A DNA stretch of 64,000 nt from Eledone cirrhosa (GCA_964016885.1 OZ024740.1:268460001-268524000); one strand, 5' to 3'; positions 43,725 to 59,690 are shown, counted from the first letter of the stretch. Numbers and translations are program-made. The notes: a model not told the origin generated them from the sequence alone.

Positions 43725-44530
43725 GATATCCACGGTAAGATGTGGGGTCTAGTCTGCATGAAAAACTCAATGTAATCCATATGTTGAAAATGTTGTAGAT
43801 AAAATAAATCCCGGAAAACAATAAAACATTAAAAGGTAAACAGAGTTATGATATAAGTTAAAACAATGAAATAAAAAATCAAATCATTAGAAATATACTT
43901 CACTGCTTTACGATCGTTTCTAGGTGATGATAATACATTGTAACTATACTTCTTTATCGATCTATGTAAGGTTATTTACAAAATATCAGATAGGGAGAAT
44001 ATTTACTTACATGCATATCACTAGCTGTTGTCAAAAGCAATAATAATTTTATTCAAAATTAGTAGTAGAATAGTAGTAAGTTTAGTTCTATGAACCTATA
44101 CCATATACATTCAACTATCAATTTGACAATCCTTCCTTAATAGATTTTTTATAGCAATTCTATTATTAATACCATTCAACCATTCCTTTCAAAGCGTCAT
44201 GACCTCAACTTAAGTGAATTATTTTTCATCTTAACATCATATCGAAAAATAAGCAATATGATTAGTTAGTTCTTCAGCTACCTCCAAATAAGTTCATAGA
44301 ATTAAACTTACTACTATTCTACTACTAATTTTGAATAAAATTATTATTGCTTTTGACAACAGCTGGTGATATGCATGTAAGTAAATATTCTCCCTATCTG
44401 ATATTTTGTAACTAACCTTACACAGATCGATAAAAAAGTATAGTTACAATGTATTATCATCACCTAGAAAGATCGTAAAGCAGTGAAGTATATTTCTAAT
44501 GACTTGATTTTTTATTTCATTGTTTTAACT

Positions 44531-44533
<3 letters not shown>
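43718..44533. mobile_element. Family J fold-back with U3-A8, long-stem-II HHR (43905-44038 minus; 44349-44481 plus)
   Basis: Arms 43855-44095 / 44291-44533; UGCUU-UUGACAA-(about 110-nt stem II)-GAA-ACGAUCGU-A-AAGCA. Confidence 0.75.
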
Positions 44534-44579
<46 letters not shown>

Positions 44580-44582
<3 letters not shown>

Positions 44583-45125
44583 GAATAATCGAGTATCGAA
44601 AAATCGGCGCACGAGTTCACGATAAACAAAATTCGAAATGAGCGGCAGAGGGCTCAATAATTCAGATAAATCAGAGCTATAACTATCGTTAAAATACCGA
44701 CACACATAGAACATGTCTAAAATCAACCATACGACCGAAAAATTACGATCTGGAAGATTCGGGACACTCAGATAAAATATCAATAAATCAATAAATCAAA
44801 TGAATGTAAAAAGCATACCCGGACCCGCTAGAAAGATGGTAAACCTAGCTTCTTGGGTTTCTGTAAATCCTTAAACCGCCCTCTATCAGCCCACATAAAA
44901 ATATATAAGACTTCTAGAAAGCAGCGGACCGGAATTTACTTCCTCAACGAGCTTTTGTCCGAACGAATAAAAAGGCATAACCCGAGTTGAAAAAACACAC
45001 ATGGAATTCAGCAAGGGAGATAACCTCTATATCCGCAAAAAATATTCGGGAAAATGTGGAAATACACATATCGAATAAGAGTGCTCAATAGACATGTTAA
45101 AATAAACAGGAGCTATTCATCATTT
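44580..45125 (-). mobile_element. Family B element with large HHR at 44818-44951
   Basis: CUCG-UUGAGGA-aGUAAAUuCC...GGAUUUACa-GAA-ACCC..GCUAG-loop-CUAGC-GGGU-C-CGGG. Confidence 0.7.
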
Positions 45126-45419
45126 ATATATATATATATATAATTTATATATATATATAAATATGCATATTTCATTCTTTCTTTGAGACCATAATTTGAC
45201 TGTTATTTGACGCAACAAGACCGAGGTCATGTAGAGGCTCATGATAGTGCAATAGAGTTTTAAGTTTGGGTTAACCCATGACAAGGGTTCTATTTCGAGT
45301 ATGAAACCTCTTTCCTTACGTCCCTAATATATACGGCAAAATTACCATGCCTCTTCCATTTCTACATGATTGGAACTATTTATTATGCAAACAACTATTA
45401 TTATTATTCAAGAGAAGGC

Positions 45420-45604
45420 ATGGATTAGCAGTATCGGTAGAGGGTCGGACGCCATGCTTTGACGCATAGAGTTACGACCTTGCCATTCTGAGTTCAAATC
45501 CCGCCGAGGTCAACTTTGCCTTTCATCCTTACGGGGTCGATAAAATAAAGTACCAGTAATGCACTGGGTAATTGCTGGCCTTGTGCCTAAAGTAGAAACA
45601 ATTA
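45420..45604 (+). mobile_element. tRNA-derived Meta-like SINE
   Basis: Full-length copy with A/B boxes. Confidence 0.9.
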
Positions 45605-45710
45605 TATTTTATCTGATGAAAGCACACCATAATTTAACTTGGTGTCCTTGAAATATGTATAATGAAATAAATATGGTTTTATAAATATAGTTTCCATTTG
45701 TTAATATCGT
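45605..45710 (+). mobile_element. Naiad-family terminal fragment with HHR
   Basis: UUUUAU-CUGAUGA-..ACACCA..UGGUGU..-GAAAUAUGUAUA-AUGAAA. Confidence 0.65.
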
Positions 45711-46289
45711 ATATATATATATATATATATATATATTAAGACAGGGGGGAAGAAAAAATGGCTTCACTTGTGCTTTCAACAAATTTATTTTCTTCACAAA
45801 ATCCAAAAAGAATTTTTCTTAAAAAAAATTATTTTATAAATTAAGTTGTTGGTTGTTGGTTAGGTCTTAGGAGTTCTTGGTTAACGTAGGAGGTATTGTT
45901 TCGTTTTTAGAAAGACCTTTCACGCTGAGGTGCGCTTGTCAAACTGATGTGTATGTGGTGTGTTGTTCTATATATAGGGATTTAACATGTCTGTGGTCTG
46001 GTAGGGGTTTCTTTTCTCCCCCTTTAATAAGTGCATGGGTGTAGGTGTGTTGAAAAAGTGTTCATAGCAGTAATGAGTTGAGACGGTGAGTAGGGTTGGT
46101 GGGGAGAAACTTAGCAAGTGCGGCCTGCCCCGGTCATTCTCGAAAAATTCCTTTATTCAGGGGAAAAAGCTTTTAGCATCGCTTTTGTGTTGAGAATGGT
46201 CACAGGCAAATCGCACCTATCAAGCTTGTGAATAATTCTTTTTTTCTTTTTTTCCTGAAGAATTTTTTTGTGTTGAGAAATGGTCATCA

Positions 46290-48506
46290 GCCAAGAAATT
46301 AACACAACCAGAAATACAACTGTTAGAAAATGGACTGAAGTTCACTCCCACTCCGAAAGCAGACACAGCCGATGTTATAAAAGACACAGAAGAATACTGT
46401 CGAAAATTACGCTTAGGAGAATTCTTCCAGGGTGTACAATACGAGGAAGAATCACTGGTGAAAAACAAAAAGAACTTCACACCCCCGCTAAATAGAGATA
46501 AATACCTGGAGGAATACATAACCTACCTTCGCCGATCAGCACGTACAAATACGGCCGAGACGAAACACAAATGCAACATCCCTACAGACCAACTACTAGC
46601 ATTGAACAAGCTACAAAGAGATTCCTCAATAATAATAAAAGAAGCGGACAAAGGTGAAGCAATCGTCATCATGGACACAAACCACTACAAAGATATGGTC
46701 CTAGCACACTTGAATGACGAAAACTTCTACAGGAAAATCACTAAAAACGAAGAAAGGAAATCGAGGAACCAAATAGGCAAACTAACAACAAAGTACCAAA
46801 ACAACCTAACACCAAAAGAAGTAGATTACCTAACCAACTTCGAAATGAAAACCAGCAATTTCTATGGATTACCAAAAATTCACAAATCCATAGAAATCCA
46901 AAACAACATAAAAGGGAAAAAATACATCATACATCGAAGCACCAAAACCGACAGACTTAAAATTACGCCCCATTATTGCTGGCCCAGCCTCAAGCACACA
47001 ACGTCTAAGCAATCTATTAGACATCATACTCAAACCCCTATGTAAAAAAGTTCCAAGCTACATCAGAGATGATATGGAATTCCTTAACTATATCCCCAAA
47101 AAAGTACACCAGGATACAATCCTAGTCAGTTTTGATGTAATAAGCCTGTACACTAACATCCCACACGACGTAGGGATTGAAGCTGTGGACTTCTGGATTA
47201 CAAAACACTCAAGTCACATTTCAGAAAGATTCCCCAAAGAATTCATCTTGGAAGGACTTAAATTAGTATTGGAAAACAACCACTTCCTCTTTGACAACGA
47301 ACTTTATCTACAAATAAAAGGAACAGCCATGGGTACCAAAGTGGCCCCTACATATGCAACGCTCGTTATGGGTCACTTAGAGGCAAAATTATATTCCCAA
47401 CTACAGATAACATTCAGTCACGACTTCGCCTTCTACATTAATAAAAACTGGAAACGTTACCTAGATGACAGCTTCATCTTCTGGAACAGAAGCCAAACAG
47501 ACCTACAAAAATTTTATTCGATCCTAAACAGGCTTCATGAAGCTATACAATTCACTATGGAATGTAACGAAAAGGAACTGCCCTTTCTAGATATCCTCAT
47601 CATTAAAGAAGGGAAAATATCATAACGGACTTATTTTGCAAACCCACTGACACACACCAATACTTAAATTTCCGGTCAGCACACCCCTCACATACGAAAA
47701 GGAACATTCCCTTCAACATGGCAAGGCGCATCTGCACTATAGCAACACACCCCGTACTACAAGAAAAAAGATTATGTGACCTGAAAAAATTCCTTAAAAA
47801 ACAAGAATACCCGATGAAACTCATCAACGCAGCCATCTCCAAGGCTGAGAACATCCCAATAACAACACTGAGAAAACCAAACCCACAACATAAAAAAGAA
47901 AACCCTGCTATCTCTTTTGTCATCACTCACAACCCAGGGAACATCAACATTGTGAAAACTGCTAAGCAGTATCTCCCGATTCTACAGCAATCTACCAAAA
48001 TGAATGCACTCTTAAAAAACACACAGATAATTTATAGCAGACGCCAAACACCCAACCTTAAAAAACTAATTACCAAGGCAAAATTTACGACCAACATGGA
48101 ATCAATGCAAGTGACGAAATGCGGGGACCCTAGATGTGGAACCTGTGAACTCATCGAAGAGGGCAAACAGTTGTCATTCAAAAACCATGATAATTTCAAG
48201 GTCAATGCTAACATGAACTGCAAAACGAAAAACCTAATATATTGCGCAACATGTCCACAGTGTAAAGAGTATTACATTGGGGAAACCGGAACGGGATTAC
48301 ATGATAGAGTCCGGGTACATAAACAACAGATTAAAGACCCCACAGTCAGAAATACCACATGTAGCGCACACTTTGCATCATGCGGGAAGGGAAAATTCAC
48401 AATCTTCCCTTTCTTCAAGATATGGTCGGATAACGAACATTTCCGCAGATATAAAGAAGAATTCTTCATTGAAAAATTTAAACCACTACTGAACACGAAA
48501 AAATGA
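46290..48506 (+). pseudogene. PLE polyprotein: reverse transcriptase + GIY-YIG endonuclease (5' truncated, two frameshifts near 46915 and 47615)
   Basis: GLKFTPTP, IIIKEADKG, FYGLPKIHK, LRPII, SFDVISLYTNIP, GTAMG, RYLDD, LPFLD, CGDPRCGTC linker, NLIYCATCPQCKEYYIGET..R..H. Confidence 0.93.
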
Positions 48507-48599
48507 ATTAACACTCGGAGGTAAAATTTCATTTCACTACCCCCCCCCCCTCTTCTTATGTATACACATGAATATCTGAATGAACGGTGAGACACACAC

Positions 48600-50215
<1,616 letters not shown>

Positions 50216-50569
50216 TGAACAAAGGACTAAATTTGGGATGGACGTAGACAAATTCTTCAGGAAAAAAAGAAAAAAAGAATTATTCACAAGCTTGACAGGT
50301 GCGATTTGCCTGTAACCATTCTCAACACAAAAGCGATGCTAAAAGCTTTTTCCCCTGAATAAAGGAATTTTTCGAGAATGACCGGGGCAGGCCGCACTTG
50401 CTAAGTTTCTCCCCACCAACCCTACTCACCGTCTCAACTCATTACTGCTATGAACACTTTTTCAACACACCTACACCCATGCACTTATTAAAGGGGGAGA
50501 AAAGAAACCACTACCAGACCACAGACATGTTAAATCCCTATATATAGAACAACACACCACATACACATC

Positions 50570-50606
50570 AGTTTGACAAGCGCACCTCAGCGTGAAAGGT
50601 CTTTCT
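50570..50606 (+). ncRNA. HHR-like motif with U3-A8 core in the Neptune pLTR
   Basis: UUGACAA-GCGCaccucaGCGU-GAAAGGUCUU; stem I weak; mirrored near 45910-45946. Confidence 0.5.
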
Positions 50607-50812
50607 AAAAACGAAACAATACCTCCTACGTTAACCAAGAACTCCTAAGACCTAACCAACAACCAACAACTTAATTTATAAAATAATTTTTTTTAAGAAA
50701 AATTCTTTTTGGATTTTGTGAAGAAAATAAATTTGCTGAAAGCACAAGTGAAGCCATTTTTTCTTCCCCCCTGTCTTAATATACCTAACTGTACCAAGGA
50801 TTACACACATTT

Positions 50813-50862
<50 letters not shown>

Positions 50863-50864
<2 letters not shown>

Positions 50865-52059
50865 TTTGGTTGTTTTAAATCTGGAACTGAAACTTGAACA
50901 CATTACGATATACGGCCTGAGATCTTAAACATATGGGAGTTTTTTATGTATAAATCCAGCATGCAATTCTTGTTACTGGATGTGATGTTATGTTTGAGTG
51001 ATAATTTATATCCAACTATTTTGTATTTTTGAACGATCTACATATGTTGTATTATTTAGACTGATTTGTTATCTACTGACAATCCTATTTCTATTTAACC
51101 CCTAGACATTCGGGACTTAAGTAACCGATTGGTCGAGCCTTTACGGTTAATATACATGTGTAGTAACTCTTTGCCAGTTGGTTTTACAGTAACTAAAATA
51201 AGATTGTGGGGCTTTTGCTTCAACTCTATCTTACAGTAGCCCCGATTTGCTAGTGTATAGTTTGCTTTATATGTGGTGCCTGTCTCTATACTTGTTATAC
51301 TCAGCTCTATCCTGTAATAACCCTAATTTGCTTGTGTATGGCTTGAATTTATGTGATACCTGTCTATATGCTTGTGGAGTACCCATGGGCTACGTAATTC
51401 GGGTACCTACCAGTATACCTTGTATATGTATACCATGGCGGGGATTTTGATTACTGTTGTATTTCTGGATGTACCTTAAGAACCTCTTAGTGCTTATATA
51501 ACTATAAATTACGGCGATCATATTCATTCCTTTTATTAGGGACCAGCGCTTAATTTCCTCTGGCTTTTTTATGGGCTTAAAATTCTTTCTTTTTTCTTCG
51601 TTCTGTTTTCATTTCTTTTAAAATTTAAAAAAAAACTTTTTACATTTTTATTTACTTTTTATCTCTTTATATTATCTTCCTTTTATTTTTTTATTATTAT
51701 TATATATTTTTTTTATTATTATATTTTAACCATTGTTTGTATTTTTTTCTTTTGTGTGCCATCAATTGTATCTGCATCTTGTGAGATCTGCTTGTGCCCT
51801 AGCATTTGGCTGTGATGCTTAACAACCCCAACATGTACTCTCTCCTTGTTGTTCGCCATCTCCGAGCTCCCTATATTTACCCTCTATTGTATTCCGACTG
51901 TTCGTGCGACTAAGCCTGGTAGAGCTTATACTCAGCACTGTGTTTATTAAGCTCTGAGGATACCTACCAAACGGTATGGATGAAACATTGTAAGCAAAAA
52001 AAAAACTGTTTGAGTATGTAAGCGTTCTTTGGTTTCTTTTTCATATAACGGCTCTGTTA

Positions 52060-52062
<3 letters not shown>
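50863..52062 (+). mobile_element. PLE 3' remnant ending in HHR (51951-51995)
   Basis: GCU-CUGAGGA-..UACCaaacGGUA..-GAAACAUUGUA-AGC; start weakly resembles the W..LNTL..YGL end of GIY-YIG. Confidence 0.6.
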
Positions 52063-52130
<68 letters not shown>

Positions 52131-52214
52131 AAGTGTTAAAACGATCAAATTTTAGTTTAGAACATTTATCTGCTGACAATTGTTTCTTCCAGAGGGAAGT
52201 CTTGATTCATTAAA

Positions 52215-52789
<575 letters not shown>

Positions 52790-52792
<3 letters not shown>

Positions 52793-53704
52793 AAAAAAAA
52801 TGAAATCGAAAATGCAACTGAAGTCTTTTTATTTTAAATATATTTATTTGGTTCCTTTACCGGTTTCGCAGTTCTTGTACGTTTCAAACGTAGAATTGAG
52901 ATGGAGAGTTTGTGGTTTTCTCACATCTGGTTGGTGTTCGAATCTTACTTCTGTTTTATATGGAAAAAAGTGGCTCGAAATGCTGTTTTTAGAGAAGTAA
53001 TTTGATTGGTTCATGACTGTCATGTGAATAAGTATAATAAATTTCGCGCCTGTTCACTTTACAAAGTTCTAATTATATTTGTCTTAAAAAAAAGGGGAGG
53101 GGGGTCCAATTGTTTTTTCATATGAGGGAAGTTTGATTGGTCGATGCAGTCACGTGAATAAGCGCATCAGCTTTCGCGCCAGTTTGTGTTTGAAATTCTT
53201 TTGACTTAAAAAAAGTGGCTCACGAAGGCTTTTTTTATAAATCTAATTTGATTGGTTATAAATGAAATTATGACTCTCACGTGAACAAGTACATTAAATT
53301 CGCGCCCGTATTTTGGAAATTTGTTGTAACCATTTAGAGAATTTTGTGTCAAACAAAAGGTAATGGTCAAGAAAAAGGGGATGGAGAGAATTGTTCTGGT
53401 TCAGTGAGTATAGCTGATGTGCTGAAATGTAATTTGATTGGTTATAAATGAAATTATGACTGTCACGTGAACAAGTACATTAAATTTCGCGCCCGTATTT
53501 GAGAATTTCCTTTGTAAGCATTTAGAGAATGTTGTGCCAAACAAAAGATAATGTTCAAGAAAAACGGGATGGGGAGAATTGTTCTGGTTCGGTGAGTATA
53601 GCTGGTATGCTGGGGTGTCAAAATTCAGACTTTCTATTGAAATAAAGAAAGTAGAGATATGTATGTTTATTTGTATGCTGGTGTGTGTGTGTGTGTGTGT
53701 GTGT

Positions 53705-53740
<36 letters not shown>

Positions 53741-54125
53741 GAAGATGATTCTATTAGTAGAAATGGGGTAGGGAGCTGTGTGTGTGTGTGTATGTGTGTG
53801 TGGGAGTATGGTTAGCATGTTAAGATGGAGAGAATATATAAAAAATGTTCGCTCTACATGGCTGAATATAATAAATGTAATCTGAGTGTTTAGAATATTA
53901 ATAATAACATTCGTTTCGTTTGCAATTATATAAACAATCCTCATTTTTAACGCCATGTCAGTAGAATGAGCCCCTCATTCTTGCTCTTGTGTTTACATGC
54001 AAACACAAGTGCATGAATGAGGGGCTCATTCTACTGACATGGCTTTAAAAATGAGGATTGTTTGCATAATTGCAAACGAATCGAATGTTATTATTAATAT
54101 TCTAAACACTCAGATTACATTTATT
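52790..54125 (-). mobile_element. Longer member of the 3478 family: PLE 3' region with internal tandem repeats and a 5' fold-back (apex near 53997)
   Basis: 52790-52925 homologous to 3545-3685; arms 53868-53996 / 53998-54125; apex translates ACKHKSK...* like a Naiad C-terminus. Confidence 0.7.
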
Positions 54126-54279
54126 ATATATATATATATATATATACTTATTGAGGCCAGTTACTACAATGGCGCCATACCAGGTACGTACGTTTCATTA
54201 GCCCTCAGGACGAACATTGTTCAATCTGTGCCGATGAAAATGAACCAGAAATTCTATACCTTGCAGATTTTATTATTAA

Positions 54280-54357
54280 TATATATAAGTATGTATACGT
54301 ACATACATATATGTATACAGACGTACAGTAGTATGTATATATATATATATACATGTT

Positions 54358-54397
<40 letters not shown>

Positions 54398-54398
54398 C

Positions 54399-54434
<36 letters not shown>

Positions 54435-54968
54435 CATACTACTGTACGCCTGTATACATATATGTATGTACGTATACATACTTATATTTAAGTAACAGCC
54501 GGTCTAAGAGTGAGAAATGAAATTTCGTTTCATTTTTTCCGTTTATCGTTTTCGGTACCCCGGCCGATTAACTCACTGGATATGCAAATTAGGCTGCTCA
54601 GTCGTTAATATGCATAGGGAAAGTATATACTTTCAGACGTTCAATCATCTGGCAGGAAGGTATACGTTGCTGACGATAGCTAATAAGCTTGAAACTAGTA
54701 CAGTGTTCCTTTGTCAGTGTTGAACAAATGAGCAACGATGGTTGCTAGACACTACGGCTTAATTCGGGATGTTTGTTTACAAACACACCGAGCATTATAA
54801 TAAATGTTCGGTGAATCCATACGTACATATATATATGTGTGCATGTATGTATATATACATACTACTGTACGTCTGTATACATATATGTATGTACGTGCAC
54901 ATACTTATATTTAAGTAACAGCCGTACTAAGAGTGAGAAATGAAATTTCGTTTATTTTTTCCGATTAT
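54280..54968 (+). mobile_element. Family I element with intact HHR at 54664-54706
   Basis: ACGUUG-CUGACGA-uAGCUaauaAGCUu-GAAACUAGUA-CAGUGU. Confidence 0.85.
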
Positions 54969-54987
54969 TAATATATATATATGTATA

Positions 54988-55065
<78 letters not shown>

Positions 55066-55439
55066 GTGTGTAGTAATTACAACAGGCATAGTAAATGTAC
55101 TAAAAGTAAAAAAATACCCACATTAATTAACTACAACCTGGAAGGAGGGCATCTTAAAATTGAGTTAAAAATCACAAAAAAAAGTATATTTTTCTCACTC
55201 TCGTTACTAAGTGAGTTCAAAATCTCACGTGCAATGTATAAATTCTCAAATTTCATTATTATCCTGTTAGTGATATCTGACCGAGACTACCAGCTAAAAG
55301 ATAACAGTCTGCTTGCTAAAAGGTCAGCAGTTAGCGATAGATACCATAAAGATTTGCAGACAGTTAGTGTAACTAATGGGAAGACTACTGAAATGGTGAG
55401 CTTTTAAGGCTGATTTCGCTTCCTCTTAACAGGAGGCTC

Positions 55440-55720
55440 ACATCGTAATTCTAATTCCGCGACTAACCCAGGTTCTGCTGCACGTCGGGCCGAGGAGGCC
55501 AAGCTCCTCAAATAACGGTCGCTCTCCGACAGGTTTGCGGTTGTACCCTTGGTAGTGGAGACTTCTGGTGTCCTCGGCCCCAGGGTTACCTCCCTACTCT
55601 CTACCATAGGCGCTGAGCTGGCCAGCCGCAGGTCTGAACCCCGCGAGTTGGAGTGGCTTTTCCAGCGCGTCTCCCTTGCCATCCTCCGTGGGAACGCCTT
55701 CTCCATCCTGTCCGCCGGGG
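55440..55720 (+). pseudogene. CRE-clade RLE endonuclease C-terminus
   Basis: AARRAEEAKLLK*..FAVVPLVVETSGVLGP...LFQRVSLAILRGNAFSIL. Confidence 0.8.
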
Positions 55721-56509
55721 CTGTGTGTGTGTGTGTGGGGGGGGGGGCATCGCGGAACATTCCATATTTAGGTATCCAGATTTTTTATCCAGGTTTTTAT
55801 CTAGCAGTGATATTCCGTAAGACTAAAGAAGAAGCGGACTTTAGATTCAGCATAGTAAATGATAAATAAATAAGAAAATATAAACCAAGAAAGATAACTC
55901 TTACAAAAGAAATATTTAGTTATTGTTCTTGCTACGTTATTAATTATCTATTGTTAACGTTCTGCAATGTATAGCATGGACATATGATTAGAAAAGTCTC
56001 AGGAAAGAATCGCTGAGCATCTTAAAGGGCAAAACAAACCGACAGGAAAACTTGGGGTAGACTCTGAGCAAAATGGATTTCGGCTTGTTTCACTTAACAA
56101 GAAGACGGCGAATACTACTATTGCTGCTGCCGCCACTACCACTACAACTACTACTACTACTACTACTACTACAACAAGATATGGAAATATAGTGACGTCT
56201 TTCAAATAGTGTTAAAGCAGAAATTTTAGCTTCCAATAAATATGATTAGGATTCAACAGATTATACACACCAGTCTTCAGTTTTAAAGAATAATTTCGCT
56301 TTTAATCCCTCCTCTCCCTTTCACACACACACACGCGCGCACTTCAAGACATATTATTAAAAAGAAGAAAAATAATCCGTTTTCGCTTTTAATTCTATAT
56401 CTGATTATTTAATATTGATAAACGTACGAGGGTCGGCTGAAAAGTTCATAGGCTGACTATGAAGGATTGTTGCTAGAGCTGTGAAATCTTACATGTATTA
56501 ATTTCAATT

Positions 56510-56699
56510 CTGGCGGTAGATTGGCAGTATCGGTAGAGGGTCGGACGCCATGCTTTGACGCATAGAGTTACGGCCCTTTCCATTCTGAGTTCGAATCCCG
56601 CCAAGGTTAACTTTGCCTTTCATCCTTACGGGGTCGATAAAATAAAGTCCCAGTAATGCACTGTGTAATTGCTGGCCTTGTGCCAAAAGTAGAAACAAT
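56510..56699 (+). mobile_element. tRNA-derived Meta-like SINE
   Basis: Same family core. Confidence 0.9.
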
Positions 56700-56889
56700 G
56701 AATTTCAACTCTTATTAATACTTACATTGTTCCTTTCCAGGGACTATGTTGAAATAAAAATAAAACGTCACGTTTAAAAGTAAAAGACTAATTATTACAT
56801 GTGAAGTTAATTATTGTCTTTCATAAATCCCCCTTAACCTACCATATACAAGCAATTATTTTTAAAATTAGATACGTTATATTTGCTGG

Positions 56890-57147
56890 CTAAAGATCTC
56901 CTTCGGTCACAAATAACCATGGAATTTGCCCCGAGAAAGTTTCCCTTCCGTCCGGGCAAGGTTGTTTGAGGAAGACCAGCAGTCGCCCATGTATACCAGC
57001 CTGCCCTCGCCACGAAAGGCAAAAGACAATACAGCTTGGCACTAGTGGCGTCACAACTCACTTCTACAGTTGAGTAAACCGGTTCGGGAATTGAACTCAA
57101 AACATCAAGATTGCAAGCCCAACGTTCTAATCATTAAGCCATGCACC
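56890..57147 (-). mobile_element. tRNA-derived SINE, second family
   Basis: A box TGGCTTAATGATTAG, B box GAGTTCAATTCCC. Confidence 0.6.
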
Positions 57148-57389
57148 TAAATTTCGAATTAGAAACTAGGGTAGATAACATCGATGCTCTTGTAGTTACC
57201 TCCCTTACATAAGTGTTCTGTCCATAACTAAGAGAAGATTAATAATAGGTATTGAAGATGTTTGAATCTCTCATCATATTGAATATCATGGACAATGATA
57301 GTGACATTTTTAACTCAGCATATCAACATTTTAATTTTAATAAAAAAAGTAATATAATTTATGCACCAAACAAGTAGTCCGAATAAAGA

Positions 57390-59690
57390 TCCTTCTTCAG
57401 GAAGTCACTAGAACGTTAGATGTAGTTAAGAGTAAGTCATGCATCCTGATGGGAGACTTCAATGCACATGTTGGTACTGACCACCTGACATGGAAAGAAG
57501 TGATTGGAAGGAATGGCGACCTCGATCTAAATACGAATGGAAAGGACTTATTAGACTTTTATTCTAGCAATGGACTCTCTATCATAGACACCTTCTTCCA
57601 TCACAGAGACATCCATAAATATACATGATCAATAATTGATTTTGTTATTGTCTCTGATCTTTTTGATTCTTCGCTGGATGTTTGTGTTAAGAGAGGGGCT
57701 GAGCTGTCAACTGATCACCATCTAGTTATCTGAAGCTTGAGCCTATCTAAGGCCAAAAAAGGCCACAAAACTGGCAGGTCCAGGGCGACCTACAGGATAA
57801 AGCTAGAAGCATGGTTGGATAAGGAAGTCAGGACCAGGTATGCAGATACTATTGCATCCAATTTCCAGCTTCACTTGGAAATAAGTCCTCTTTCTTGCAC
57901 ATGTGATACAAGCAGGCACGAAAAATCTCAGCAGAGACAGTAAAAGCGTCCAAAGTTAAAACATGGGAGGACTTTGGGGTTAAGCTGGAGTCCGACTTCC
58001 GATCAGTAAATAAAATATTTTGGCAGAGCATCCACTGACTTCGTAATAAGAAGTCCTCCTCCACACCTGCTATCAAGAATGCCATACACTTTGTGAGGAT
58101 GCACTTCTCTGTAGAGAGGTGGATTCCTCGTGAGGTGGAGAGAATACTTTGTTGATCTCCTAAACCTGATCACAACAGCATCTTCGTATATACATGAGGT
58201 GCATCAGGGAGTGGTGACTAATCCCTCAGAGTTCACAAGAGCATTTAAAGAGCTCAAATGTGACAAAGCCGCTGGGGAACATGAATCAAGCCCGAGATTT
58301 TAAAAGCCTTAAATAGAGAAGGTATTAACCTAAGCAATGACAATCGGGAGTGATAATCCCAATTTTCAAAAAGGGAGACAGGAGAGATTTTTTCCAATTA
58401 CAGAGGGATCTCTTTGTTAAGCCTCCCAGGTAAAGTCTATGCTAATTGTCCAGCAAAGAGATGCAGGGAGATTGTAGAGTCCAAGCTAACTGATAAACAG
58501 TGCGGTTTTTGCCTCAGATGCAGCACAGTTGACCAAATATTCATACTGCAGAAGGTATTCAAGAAATCATGAGAGTATTGCCAGGAGGTATATTTTTGTT
58601 TTGTCGACCTTGAGAAGGCATATGACCGTTTCCTCAGGACCTGCTGTGGAAGGCTGTGGAGGAGTATGGGATTGATGGTCAGCTTCTTGTTTCCCTGATG
58701 TCTCTATACGAATGCTTATGTATGTGTGTTGGAACAAATGGTGCTAAATTGAAATCCTTCAATGTGAGTGTTGAACTCCACCAAGGATGCATACTGTCAC
58801 CTCTCATGCTCATTATTTACATGAACAGGTTTGACATGCACAGCTGGGTTGGAAGTGGTATCATGACAGGCAGGTGTAAGATAACTCTGCTGGAATTTGC
58901 AGACAACATGGTCTTACCTAACTCGACAGAAGATGATCTTCCACTAGCACTTCATAGGTTTGCTGCTGAGTGCTGAATGGCTGGAATGAAAATCAGTGCT
59001 GTGAAAACTGAGACACTTGTCCTCTCAAGGAAGCCTGCGCAGTGCACTCTACATGTGAATGGAGTTCCACTGAAGCATGTAAAGAAGTTCAAGCAACTTG
59101 GGGCTGTGTTCACAAGTGATGGAATATAGAAGGCTGAATCAAGGGCAAGAATTGCAGGAGCTGATGCAGTCAAGCGCCAGCTTAAGCATTTAGAAATCAG
59201 AAGGGAGGTAGTCATAAAAGCCAAATTTGCTATCTTAAATTCGGTTTGTGTGCCAACTCTTACCTATGTTTATGAATCTTTGGCAATGACCAAAAGAATA
59301 TGATTGCGAATACAAGCAGCCAAAATGGGATATTTCTGAAGGGTTTTTGGAGTAACGTTACTTGATAAAATACATAACTCGGAGATCAAAGAGTCACTCC
59401 AGGTAGAGCTGCTACTTCTCCGAATTGAGCGATCACAGCTCCGATACTGTGGGCATGTGGTTAGAATGTCTCAGGAAATAATCGCTGGACAGATTTTATG
59501 GGCAAAACCAACAGGCAGGAGACCCAGTGGTAGACCCCAAGCAAGATGGTTGGATAACATCCGTGAACTTAGCTGGTCTTGCTTGGGGATCCAGCTGGAT
59601 CAGTTAGAGACAGTTGCTTCTGATTGGACCTGCCAAAAGGAGTGTTTGATGACTCTGCTCCCACGATCCTAGGATAAAGGGCAAAGGATG
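57390..59690 (+). mobile_element. Decayed RTE-clade LINE (APE + RT)
   Basis: ILMGDFNAHVG, STDHHLV, IPIFKKGD..NYRGISLLS, QCGF, FVDLEKAYD, QGCILSP, FADNM, RPSGRP..RWLD; many stops. Confidence 0.9.

Noticed and set aside
45420-45505. tRNA gene
   Set aside because: A/B boxes present but no cloverleaf; it is the head of a multi-copy SINE
46905-47625. Programmed ribosomal frameshifting at the two AGGGAAAA sites
   Set aside because: Shifts are in opposite directions within RT; PLEs normally have one ORF; indels or sequencing errors are simpler
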